From: Perkinsus olseni
Lineage: Eukaryota
Assembly: GCA_013115125.1 (NCBI GenBank)
Contig: JABANN010000054.1
Coordinates: 62,001-95,270, forward strand
Length of the DNA stretch: 33,270 nt
Direction: 5' to 3'
The notes beneath the pieces are model-generated. The model searched no databases, was not told where the DNA came from, and saw nothing but the letters and a program-made list of their open reading frames with translations. Shown one piece after another: positions 13,663-24,687 of the stretch; position 1 is the first letter of the stretch, and each line of letters starts with the position of its first letter. A program made the translations under genes and the position numbers.

Positions 13663-14727
13663 TCACTGAGAATGGAGTGCGAGCTTACTCTCTCTAGCAT
13701 TCATACTACGAAGATAGGGAGTGTTGGGCTGGAGCATTTCCATCCTACCAACCCAGGCAGCAAAGCTATCACTAAGCCAGGACTCGAGGGCAACCAAGAA
13801 CTGATTCTTGAAACCGATGGTGTGAACACCAGTAGCGATCCGAGGATCATCATTCTGAATCCTCCAAACGACCTCATCGGTGCACTTGTCAGAGGGCATG
13901 TCGAAGAGCGTGAAGAGAGGAGACGCCTTGCAACCAGCAGCAGTACTGAAGTTGGTATCGTTCATGGCACCGGGCTGAATAGTGAGAACACCAGGACCAA
14001 GAGTACGGCACTCGTGATCAAGGCATTTACCCCACTGAGTTAGGAAGCACTTTGAACTGTAGTAGAAGGCGTTGGCACTTCCAAGAGCGTGTGCAACAAT
14101 AGAGCTGATGATGCAGACACGACCCTTTCCACGAGGAACGAAGTGATGGGCCATGAAGTACTGTGAGAGCATCACCTGTTGGATGACATTCAGACGGATC
14201 TGAGCTTCCAACTTCTCGGGTTCGAGATTGACGATATCACATGAATACATACCACCAGCATTTAGAATAGCGAGGGTGACTGGAAGATCATCAACAGCAG
14301 CACGGAGCTTGGCAAGACCTTCATCACATGACAAATCACAGGCGACGACGATAACCTTGCAACTCGGGCCGTAGGTCTTCACCAAAGTGTCCTTCAACTC
14401 GTTCAACAACTTCTCGTTACGAGCGGAGATGACGAGACTCCAACCAGCCTTCGCCAACTTCATTGCAAACTCACGACCAAGACCCTTGGACGCGCCAGTA
14501 ACAACCGCATACTCGTCACGAGAGGCCCTCACTGGCTTGAGGTTATAAGGATAACCCATATTGAAGAGCGGTCGTTGTAGAAGGTGGACCAACACGTTCA
14601 ACAACAAACCGATGAGAATAATAGGAGTGCATAATAGCATAATCACAATCATAGCAACCCACTCGAGGAAGTTGAATGGATAAGCACCCATAGAAAGGAT
14701 TACTGGGAGACTCTGCTTTTCAGCCAT
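13663..14727 (-). CDS. Short-chain dehydrogenase/reductase (17-beta-HSD / 3-ketoacyl-CoA reductase-like) with N-terminal membrane anchor, intronless
   Basis: Cofactor motif TGASKGLG, ISARN, LNAG, ISS and catalytic YYSSK (YxxxK), with a hydrophobic N-terminal segment. First ATG at 14727. Confidence 0.9.
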   Translation of the reverse strand: MAEKQSLPVILSMGAYPFNFLEWVAMIVIMLLCTPIILIGLLLNVLVHLLQRPLFNMGYPYNLKPVRASRDEYAVVTGASKGLGREFAMKLAKAGWSLVISARNEKLLNELKDTLVKTYGPSCKVIVVACDLSCDEGLAKLRAAVDDLPVTLAILNAGGMYSCDIVNLEPEKLEAQIRLNVIQQVMLSQYFMAHHFVPRGKGRVCIISSIVAHALGSANAFYYSSKCFLTQWGKCLDHECRTLGPGVLTIQPGAMNDTNFSTAAGCKASPLFTLFDMPSDKCTDEVVWRIQNDDPRIATGVHTIGFKNQFLVALESWLSDSFAAWVGRMEMLQPNTPYLRSMNARESKLALHSQ

Positions 14728-15034
14728 AATAACAATATTAAAAACGAATGTAAACTGAGGAGAAACAACACTCACTGTCACTGTAAGTCCATACTACACT
14801 GTGCCCAACTAGTGATTACTAACCATACATGAAACACTGCCCGACGAAGTGATACACTATGCCACTAGCTGATAGATTCCCGAGCTAAGCCAATGAAGCT
14901 CCATAGGTGGGACATGTTGTGATACCCTCCGGCGAGAATTGTTAATGCCCACGCTAGTTCAACACCAGAGTTACCTCTGCAAGCACCGCCACTTACGTTG
15001 TGAACAGAACACAGCCAGAAACACGTTAGGAAAC

Positions 15035-16332
15035 TCACAACTTTGCTTTGCTCATACTCGTCATCAATTGAGAATATTTAGGTACCCAAAGGTTTAAGAT
15101 ATCATTATGCATGGCTGTAGGGTGAGTAAATAAGACAACATTCGAGACCTTAGAAAGCTCCTCACCATGTGAATATGGAACCTAGCAAGCATCTCAAGCC
15201 GCATCGCTCCGCTAAGGCGTCAACTTACTATCTCGTCGTGAAGGCCATGGACCATCGCTACTTCCACTCCCGCTTCTTTAATATGAGCCATATTTTCCAT
15301 CGAGGACCACTCGTGACTCTAAGGCAAATGTGTGTCCTTATTAATCGGTCATTGTTCATGTACCGCTAAGAGTTTGGAGAGTGGGAGTGGGAGGCCAACG
15401 ATCGAGCGTATCATAGCCGCTACTGAAGTAAAGGTAGAGGACGTTATCACTGACCGAACCCGGAGATAATCCTGAGAGGAGATGAAGCATGGCAGATACA
15501 GTTATACTCTGTGACTGACCTTTGCTATCCCCTCTCTTGCAAACCGCAGGGCCACCGCTCCGCCCAAAGAATGCCCCAGCGTATGTATCGAGTCGAATCT
15601 GATCAACAACTTCGACTTCGATGGAAGGCAGGACCACAGCTCACTCGTGAGGCTGGCGGGTCAATAGCGCCTCCACAGCCGCATGGACCACAGCATTGAT
15701 AGAGTCAGGATTGAGTGATGACGGCCCTTGTGACTCACCGTACCCAGGGTAATCCACTAGTAGGAAGGTGGCTCTCTAAACGTTTACAATACTGCGGTGT
15801 CTCCCAATCGCCCAGGCATACTCACATCGAGTTCACCCGTTAAATCACTGTGTCGGACACTGTGTACAAACGGGAGCCAGTCCTTAGCCAGCATAGCATT
15901 CCCGCCCAGTAATATCCAGGCTGCTTTCGATGGTGGCCTATTAGCTACTACAGGAGGGACTACATACGCCACCTGAAGCCCAGGCTCTCACTGACACTAT
16001 CGAGATGAGCTCCTACTTGGCCATACTTCTCCCCCCGCCAAGCGATAGAGTACGGCATTTTATGGTAGGCAGCAAATCGAGTGGTTATCATTGTGTAGTA
16101 CCTGACTGTACTAACCGCCCAATTAGATGCTCCTAACGGCACTACTCAATCTCCTCACTGTATCGTCGACGGTAATACAGTACCCTAGGCAGTAGCTGCT
16201 GCCGTATGAGTAGAATGGCACTGATGCTGGCCAGACTGCCTACGGACAAACAACACCCTTCGCCTGTACACGAGACCTCACCCTACCCCAAAGGAGTATC
16301 CTTCTCCAGCCCCTCCCTGGTGATCCGTCCAT
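15035..16332 (-). CDS. Alpha/beta hydrolase (ABHD13/Bem46-like) ending in AKL, 8 exons
   Basis: Spliced motifs: AWILLGGNAM, FLLVDYPGYGESQG, nucleophile LGHSLGGAVA, STFTSV, MVHGLHDEIVPYSHG (Asp) and AMHNDIL (His). C-terminus SMSKAKL then TGA at 15035. Not shown intact in the ORF track. Confidence 0.88.
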
Positions 16333-16337
16333 ACACA

Positions 16338-16710
16338 CAGTCGGGACTTTCAACGAGGTGTCCATTTTCGGGACCCCTAATTTCGTCAACATCGTCAACG
16401 TTGTCCAAACCCGTGTTCCCCCCAAATTTGCCAGCGTTGTCCAAGCTCAGCATATGCTGCGAAATCCGCTATCTTGCCAACGAAACACTAGGACAACGTT
16501 GTCCAGTCTAGCTTTCTCGACAATCTGTACGGCAACGGTTGTCAAGTTTGCGTTATTCCCGTCTACAAGTCCTTCTAGCCAACCCTGAATAGACGAAATC
16601 CTAAATTGACTGAACTTCGCCAACAAGCTGACGTGTTGCAGGCTGGGCTGAAGCTTGACAGCACTGTTGACCAAATGCAGTAATTGACTGAATCCGACAA
16701 CCCCCGACTA
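16338..16710. mobile_element. Putative MITE-like element rich in GACAAC/GTTGTC motifs, with imperfect terminal inverted repeats
   Basis: Left end CAGTCGGGACTT versus reverse complement of the right end TAGTCGGGGGTT. Internal perfect palindrome GGACAACGTTGTCC (16491-16504). No TSD seen. Confidence 0.35.
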
Positions 16711-17521
16711 CCAGTTGCCCTAGTTCAGGAGCGGACAAATTCGCCAACCTCAAATGTGGAAGGAACTCGTGTTACCTTCGCTCGCCTTTGTATTGGTGCA
16801 ACGGTTCGCTCCGCTCAAGCCATGTACTTACGTGCCCCTAAGCTTGGGTTTTCTCCGGAATTGCAGACTTTCAGTAGCCTTTTGATTTTTCCTCGTTCGA
16901 GCCTCCTTGACTTGAGGTTCGTTCGTCCCGCACTACTGCTATTACCTTCAAGCTCACCCACGGTTGTGTTGCGTAACTTGTTCGAGTTGTACGGCGACAC
17001 AAAGAAAACATGAGCTGTTCATTTTTTTATCTCGTTGCGCCTACCTGATATTATATTATTACCGCATCCATTTGGCTGCTGCAAGCCGCAGCCATCAAAG
17101 TGCCGTTGGAACTTCCGCCATTCAAATGATGGCCGTCAGTCATGACCTGTTACGCTAACAGACAGTCAGTCAATGACTTATTGATTTTTAGTGTAGCAGT
17201 ATTGGTGTAGTAGTTATGGCGGACTGCTGCGGTGAAGGAGGTCGTCGGTTCTAGCCTTAGTGAGTATGATGAGGAAATATATCGGCTACTTTTCTTGCAA
17301 ACTGCAGTGATCAACTACTTGCTTGGCTCAATACTGACGGTGTAGACCCTACACTGTAGAGGTTGAAGGCTTCAACTGCAAGCCATGTGGTACTGACGAA
17401 GAGGGGAGGGCGTAGGTACGAAGTTAGTACTACGAACCTAGACGATAATATTGCGATCAAGGTCCGTTTATTCATGGGACGGTCATCACCGAACATGGAT
17501 CCGCGTAAATTCGTCAAGGTA

Positions 17522-17593
17522 GATCTGGTGGTGTAGAGGTTAGACTCACCGGCTAGCATGGAAGAGGATGTGAGTTCGATCCTAAATGCGAAT
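17522..17593 (+). pseudogene. Degenerate tRNA-like sequence / possible SINE head (Pol III A and B boxes)
   Basis: A-box-like TGGTGTAGAGG at 17529 and B-box GTTCGATCC at 17574, 45 nt apart as in tRNA positions 8 and 53. Acceptor and anticodon stems do not pair. Confidence 0.3.
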
Positions 17594-18029
17594 AATGGAT
17601 CGAGACATATTGAGTGCCATTCACGGTTCATAAAACCTTCGTTGGCTCATGAACATCTAGTCGTCTCCACCGTAGCGGCCATGATTACGGTTCAGGCCCA
17701 AAAGTAAACATTTCTACTGCTACTCCCGTATTAGCCGACGATACTGGAAAGTACCGATCCGCTATTGACACGCTGATGAGGAGTACAAACCGCTACAGTC
17801 ATGGTTCGCGGCTAGGGCCAGTAGAAAAGGTCCGAGGCGAATTAGGTCCGAGTTGAGATTCGAGATAACATCCATCTTTCCCGGAGGCACGAAAGATTCG
17901 AACTCAAGCGATATGGTTCGCGGACGGCCCCCAAGACCGCTGGACCACCGAGACTGTGAAGATGTTGAACTCATTTGATTGACACCAGTCATTTTTCATG
18001 ACCAGACACCAGTCCTACACCATTCCTAA

Positions 18030-18400
18030 TTCGGACAACGCGACAAGTTGCTATTGACAACGTGTTGTCAAATCCGAATAACGAGAGTAAATCCGTCAAC
18101 ACTAGTCTTATGAGCAAGTAAGGCCCGCGCTCGACAACAAAACTGTCGGGTTTCATTTTCGGCTTATTCTCGACATCTGAGTTGACCTGTTTAGTGAATT
18201 GAACTTTGTAGGCGCGCGCCATCTGCGCCGGCGAATCTGGTCAACAATTAGGTTGTCCAGTACTGTCGAAGCTCCAAATTCAACGGCATTCGTCAGCGTT
18301 GGCGACATTACTTATGTGGACAACAGAGGTTGTCGACATAATTCGGTCAGCACCCTTTCGACAACATGGGTTGTCCAGATTCGATGTAACCATTTTCGGT
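18030..18400. repeat. Second cluster of GACAAC-N(4-5)-GTTGTC inverted motifs
   Basis: TGACAACGTGTTGTCA (18055-18070), GTCAACAATTAGGTTGTCC (18240), GGACAACAGAGGTTGTC (18318), GACAACATGGGTTGTCC (18360). Confidence 0.55.
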
Positions 18401-18565
18401 TAGCTAAACCTATCCTGATGCTCTGCTTCCTTCTTGCGCTGTTCTAGCGGAGCGATACGACGACGAAGCGCGTTTTAGCGGAAATCGCCAATCCAAGTAG
18501 GAGTTGGGGCGGTACGAGAGAGATGGGCATTCTCAGGTGGTTTATGGTAGTTTTACTGTGAATGA

Positions 18566-19933
18566 ATGAATCCTCCAATTTCAACTACTGAGGACGACGA
18601 ACTTTTTCTTAAGGAGATGGCGGAGCAGCAGCAGCAGGATGGTGGGGTGTTGATGGGTCGTACTACTGGTCGTGGTGGCAATTTAAGTAATGATGCCAAT
18701 GCTGATGATAATGCTCTTGCCACTGGCTCCTCCTCCTCCTCTAACAACAACAACTCTATGCTTTTGGGTGATATTCTACAAACCTTGCAGCGTTCTGAGG
18801 CTTTACTGAAATCGGTTCGAGATGAGAATAGTGAGCTTCGAACACAGCTTGGTGTCCTGGAACAGCAGTTGGATAGAACGAGGGAGAATCTCAGAGATCT
18901 TACCGCTCGTAAACTATTGGAGACGACATCTACCACTCTATCATCATCTGATAATACTAAGGACGATTCTTCTCCTGCTGTTATGCCTGTTAATGATGCG
19001 GAGCAGGACACGACGACTATTGGTGGTCCTGGTGGTGGTGGTGAGGGCGGAGATTACGCTCCTACTGTTGGTGCTAGTGAGGATGACTTTATCATGGCTG
19101 CTACTGCTGCTGCCAACAATAATAGTAATGCAATATCATCATCAAGCTCTGGTCCTGATACCAATCATTACCCTATACCTTGGTCAGCCGTAGTGAAGGG
19201 TGTATTCACTGACACTACAACTGATACTCACCATACTACTACTCTCCCGGTGGATGCTATTCCTACTGCGGATGAGGAAGGTGGCAAGCATGATGGTAGT
19301 GATGGTTATGATAAGGAGTGCAGTGATGATGATGGTAGTGGTCCTTGGCCTTTGTGGCGTATTTTGGATATGTTGTCTTGTATCCCTGATGAACAAGTTG
19401 TATGTGTAAAGAAGATTCAATTGGTTAAAGCTCATGTCTCTACTGTACTTCGCAATTATTTTTCTTCTTACGGTCACGTTGTGACTATTCTATTGCTGCA
19501 AAGGAAGACTCGTTCTCATACATCCACATTGCCCCCTAACATGGGATTTGTGGTAATGAGTGATCCTAATGCTGTTAAGAGGATCCTCCATAACCCTGAA
19601 CATAACATTCAAGGTAACTTATGCGAGACCACTTCCTTTCAAAACAAGCGTAAGGTTGAACAAGCTGGACCTAGTGCTGGCTCGATATCTTCTCCAAAAA
19701 CTGCTGATCATGCGAATGGTGGAGGCGGTACCTTGGGTATTTCAAATTTGCTGCCCCGGCACTCGATCAGCTCGTTTGCAACCCCTTCATCACCATCTTT
19801 GACTGGTTCCTCACCCTCGAGATCATACTCATCTCCATCATGGTCTAGTCATTATGGTAATCATCATCACCATCACTACAATGAGAGTAATACTAATAAT
19901 ATTAATCGCTCTTTAGTAGTGCATCACCATTGA
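18566..19933 (+). CDS. Intronless protein with N-terminal coiled coil, low-complexity linkers and a divergent RRM
   Basis: 455-aa uninterrupted ORF. Coiled coil LQRSEALLKSVRDENSELRTQLGVLEQQLDRTRENLRDL. RRM-like VVCVKKIQ...LRNYFSSYGHVVTILLL...PNMGFVVMSDPNAVKRIL...HNIQG. Confidence 0.75.
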   Translation: MNPPISTTEDDELFLKEMAEQQQQDGGVLMGRTTGRGGNLSNDANADDNALATGSSSSSNNNNSMLLGDILQTLQRSEALLKSVRDENSELRTQLGVLEQQLDRTRENLRDLTARKLLETTSTTLSSSDNTKDDSSPAVMPVNDAEQDTTTIGGPGGGGEGGDYAPTVGASEDDFIMAATAAANNNSNAISSSSSGPDTNHYPIPWSAVVKGVFTDTTTDTHHTTTLPVDAIPTADEEGGKHDGSDGYDKECSDDDGSGPWPLWRILDMLSCIPDEQVVCVKKIQLVKAHVSTVLRNYFSSYGHVVTILLLQRKTRSHTSTLPPNMGFVVMSDPNAVKRILHNPEHNIQGNLCETTSFQNKRKVEQAGPSAGSISSPKTADHANGGGGTLGISNLLPRHSISSFATPSSPSLTGSSPSRSYSSPSWSSHYGNHHHHHYNESNTNNINRSLVVHHH

Positions 19934-20117
19934 TGAGGTTGTCATGAGATTTGAGACCGGCCTTCTCTGTGGTGGTGGTGGCAGCGATGACACTAACGGA
20001 GGATCTGTTTGTATTTTTCACTTTTTTGATGTGTGGTCAGTGTCTTATCCTACTACCTCTCTTTACTTGTATTAATATTCTAGACTGTTAAAGGGTAATA
20101 TCATTGCCATCAGTCTT

Positions 20118-20171
<54 letters not shown>
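20118..20171 (+). repeat. (TAG)18 microsatellite
   Basis: Perfect trinucleotide run downstream of the RRM gene. Confidence 0.97.
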
Positions 20172-20536
20172 CCAGTAGCAGTTCCAATAGTGGGCAACAG
20201 CTGGTAACCACTATCCTACATATTATCGTCCTTAAAGGACGTAGTATTTAGTACAGTGTTTTCTGGTTATTTGTTGTCCATTGATGATGAGCATCGCTTT
20301 CCTGTGATTATACCCCTTTTCGAGTTAAAAGTAAATGCACCAGTGATGATGAGAACTCAACATAAAAGTTTTAATAGTACCCAGGTAACACCTGGTAAAT
20401 AGCAATATTCACAAGTGAAGCTTCTGTAAACAGTGTGGAAATGCCAAAGGAGAAGAACTCAATCAGTACCAGTACTGAACACTTCGCCTGTACTGTCGAG
20501 GATACTTCTCCTGATGCCACAACATTCGTTATAATA

Positions 20537-22536
20537 CTACCATCTTCCTCTCACCTTCAATCGATTCAGTTTATCGCATGATGGACGTGGTGTATTCTTG
20601 GCTTGCTCTAGCTGCTCCACTGAACGGTGACGCTTGGCCAGTTGTATGTTCCGTACCATCGTCCGCTCCTCGAAATCACAATCAGCCAGAAGATTATTTA
20701 CATACGACGTCTCCACTGTCGTTTCAAACCTCCTGAAAAGTCTCGATTGAGATAGTACCACAGCGAGATATTATTACTGTTGTTCATTAGATCCAGCTGG
20801 ATACTTGGCAGAGTGGCTAGGAGGTACGTAGTATTTGATGTGCATATCGTTGGTACTCTCTTGCACTGTGTAGGACTTAGTAGGATTGAACGAAAACTTG
20901 GGCCTGACATGAAGCAAGCGAGAAGTTGTATGCAAGCGGAGCTGATGACGTCCTCTATGCGAGCTTGAGATAGCACGCATTATCACTGTAGATATGACAG
21001 TGGTAGTCAAACCATACTACTCCCATCACCAGTCTACACGGAATTTTCGGTAACGGTTATACACCCTGTAACGAGAAAAGTGCAATATGCGGAAGTGAGG
21101 CCACTATGCCACGCAAGAACGATGAATCATTGAAGGGGTACTCTACAACGCTGAGTCAGAAGAACTGCTACTGCTGCCACGTAGGGGCCATAACGGCCTC
21201 ATTTTGCATTTCCCTCGTTACACACCACAACGGGGTGAGGGGCGTAGTCTGTACCCTAGCTCGTAGGTCATTGGTGATGCCTTATCACTTGGATTTCGCA
21301 GTGAGGCCTACTAGTCGGAAAGGTGTGTATGGTACTACCTCTGATGACTGTAGGAATTATCCGCATTGAAATTAGCCAATAGAGTAACAAGAAGGAGCAT
21401 GATTAGCGGTAGAAACTGCAGGAAGCTGAAACCTGACAGGAGAGTTACGTGGACTCAGAAACAGGTAGTAAAGGTCCTACTGGCTCGTTGTGGTCGATAT
21501 TGTTGCTGATGTTGGGCGTGTTGAGCATAGAACTGAAGTGGACGAAGTGAGGTATAAGCCATGATGAGGTCGACACTACAGGTGAGTTCTGTCGCGGTAC
21601 TCCAAAAAACGCATCAAAGATGTCCTGGGCTGTCATGAAGTCGTCCTAAAGATGGAAGATACCCCACTGAGTTGACAAGAGCCGCCCTACTGCTCGTCCA
21701 GCGCGCCCTGATGCTGATGCTGATTGTTCAGGATCTCTACCCGTTTGATCGTACGAACGACGTTTGGCCTCATCTGAGATAACGCATCCGGTTGACGAGG
21801 CTAGTTAGAACAACTACGTTACCTGATAAACATTGGAAGGCCTTAGAGACTTTCTTAAAGGCTTCCTCTGCTCCAGGTGCACCGTTTTTATCCGGATGCA
21901 ACTTGAGTGCCAATTTACGGTACCTACATCCTACGGGTGCCGGCTATGCCCACTATAAACTACTATTACGCTTTCTTCACGGTTGCATCAACATCAGTGG
22001 AGTTACCATTCCTGTCTATTCCCAAGATCTGATAGTAATCTTCTGTCCGTAGAACGCGCTGTACTAGTCGGTTTTGCTCATCAGTGTATCTATGCCACCA
22101 CCAATGCCTTACAATTTCCCACTACCATCTTAATACGATTTCCCGTCCTTATTAGTTCGCGCCTTTCCCGCGGGTTCGTCCGCTTTCCGATGCCGTAGCC
22201 CATCAGGCGTTCCACCAGATGCAGTAGTCGCCTTGGAGGCCTCAGAGCTCTTAGACGAGGTCTCAGCATCACTGGTAGTGGCATCCTTACCCTCCCTCAC
22301 CTACCACTACTATAACACATACTCTGCCGGATAGTCTTACTTTTTGAAGGAGGCTCTGAGTGTCCGGATCCTCATACATCCGAAGGGACTTCTCCAAAAA
22401 TCGTACACACTTATCCCGATCGCCACTGAGTATCATCATAGACCATTGCAGCCAGTCGCAACCTCTACTACCTCCTCAGGGCCTCTACCCCTTTCTCTCG
22501 ACACCGCTTAGCCTCATCCCGGTTAGCGATAGACAT
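20537..22536 (-). CDS. DNAJB12: DnaJ homolog subfamily B member 12/14-like ER membrane J-protein, multi-exon
   Basis: N-terminus [39 protein letters not shown]-domain [31 protein letters not shown], then [11 protein letters not shown] and a TM helix [16 protein letters not shown]1977-like tail [22 protein letters not shown]...PSCDKL. Confidence 0.9.
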
Positions 22537-22733
22537 TATGATAAGGAATACCAACAACAACAACAACAACAACACTTTGAAAGGTGATCAATCCGATTGG
22601 AGCTTCATACTGTGATGCTAAGTCAAATCTTGCCCTCCTTATGAAACTTGAGATTCCTTAACTCCTGCGCAGAATCGCCTCCCAGCTCATTCTGTCGGTC
22701 GTGACCGCCTTCGTCAGACTTTATTGTTACTAA

Positions 22734-24558
22734 ATGATTAGACCCTTTTACTTAATCGTAGTATTATCAGCTCGGGTTGTTGCCGGGGTATCGACCTCCT
22801 CTGAATCGCCAGATGCCAGGGCTCTCATGGAAGACTTTGCCGCGGCCTTCAGAAACGCTGTGAAGGAAGTTAATAAGGCTAGCTCTTTGACGAGGAACGG
22901 GACCATCACTGATTTAGTGGATGAAATAGGAGACCTATTGGTGATGCTAGAGTCTCTTGCCAACAAAACTCTTACTAACTGGGCCAAGGACATAGACGAG
23001 GAGACCACTACGCTGTACACGGGCCTCGAGGACCTCGTCAAGACTGTTGAGAACGTTACTATACCCCAACCTATGCACGAAGTTGAGGAATACATAGAAG
23101 AGCAATTATTACCTAACCCCAAAGGGCCTACAGTCCCCATGCCGCCCAAGGTCACTCTGACCACGGCACGGCCAGCCACCTCGAAACCCAATAGCACGCA
23201 GGCTTCCAATGAAACCAAGTCCTCTGCTGGGATTGGGAACCAAACCAATACTCACCAGGATCACATCAAGATACCTTTCCTACCGAACGATATATTTGAG
23301 AGACCTCGAGTTGGAGGTAAGGGAAGCCCTCTTTTCGATGACTCAAGGCCCAGGTAAGGCAGCCTCTGACCACAGCCCTCATCATTTCTCGCTCTCAGAC
23401 GCACCATCCAACCCTTGCCAATCGTCGAGCTGCTCATTCTATTGAGTGCCTTCTGTCTAGCTATGGTTGGAGGCCACTTCTGCATCAAAGCCCGCGCTAC
23501 AGCTGATAGGAATGTTGGCTACATATCCCGCTTACCACGGGTGAGTTTGCCTCCAGTTGCCGGGTCTTTCACCTACGCTACCTTATCTTTCAGTCTGGTG
23601 GAGGTACTCTGGAGTGCGAGGCTAACCCTACCGTTGACCGTTTCCTTGCGGTATTCGCCTACCGAAGGTTTGTCCAATACGGTCAGGGTGCTAAGTTGGA
23701 GATCAGACGTGTTGGGGCTGAGTAGGCCCTCCTTGCCTCCTTCTGATTGTCCTCAGTCTTGTCTTGCCTCAGTGGTGTACCTGAGGTCAATAGAGTATTC
23801 GACATAGAGAGCCTTGTGAAGCGGGAAGGATATGTCGATCAAGATGACAGAGCCAAGCGTGAGTCAATGCTGTGGGGTAGTAATAAAGGGTTATCACTAT
23901 TCTAATGATGCAGTTGAAGATTTCCTTCATACCAACAACGCTTTGGAGGCTATGTTCATCACGAAGGAAGTCAATTGGCCAGACTTTCAGAAGATCAAAG
24001 ATAAGATCGTGTCCAAGTTGAGGTAGGTAGTATCCACCCCTCGTTGGGATGATGATGGTAGTGTACAGGGATGCTGGGGTGAGCGGGGACATCGAGGTTA
24101 ATATACATGATACTCCTGAGAACTTGCTAGTGCGCCAAAACAGCACCTGGGGTAACTACCCTTCTTAAGTATGCTTTTTAAGTTTTACCATTCAGCTCGC
24201 TTCATCCGAGATAGGACTACTATGGCGTTGATGGCTCTCAGCCTTATTGGCTTGGTGTGGTATGTTCCCTACACCTGGGTTAAGTCCAAACGCAAGAGTG
24301 TGGTAGCCAAGTTCAGAGGTAATAATAGGAGACACCCAATAGGCCTTAACAACTATTGGCGTCAGTGAAAATGTCCGGCGATGGTTACTGGAGGCTCATT
24401 AGAGAGAAGGTCAACGCGATGGCCTTGCAAGCATCAAGTGCCCCGTTAAGGTAGGACACTTCCTCGTCTGTGGTACAGTGCATGATAGCTCTACTCTCAG
24501 CCCTACTACAACGGCAGTATCAGGCTCTGGGATTAGCAGCTCTGAAATTGATGTGTAG
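22734..24558 (+). CDS. Membrane protein with signal peptide, Pro/Thr/Asn-rich ectodomain and two or more TM segments, multi-exon
   Basis: Signal-like MIRPFYLIVVLSARVVAG, several NxS/T sequons and TM IVELLILLSAFCLAMVGG. Spliced C-terminal domain FITKEVNWPDFQKIKDKIVSKLRDAGVSGDIEV...TMALMALSLIGLVWYVPYTW; TAG at 24556. Confidence 0.65.
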
Positions 24559-24687
24559 ATTACTCCATGACCAATGTCTGTGATGATGATAGTCTGCCAC
24601 TACTACCACTGCTGTTGTCCACTCATCCGCTTGTTGTGTTACCAGTTCGTCGGGCTTCTACTACCAAAGAGGGCTACGCTGAATCAG

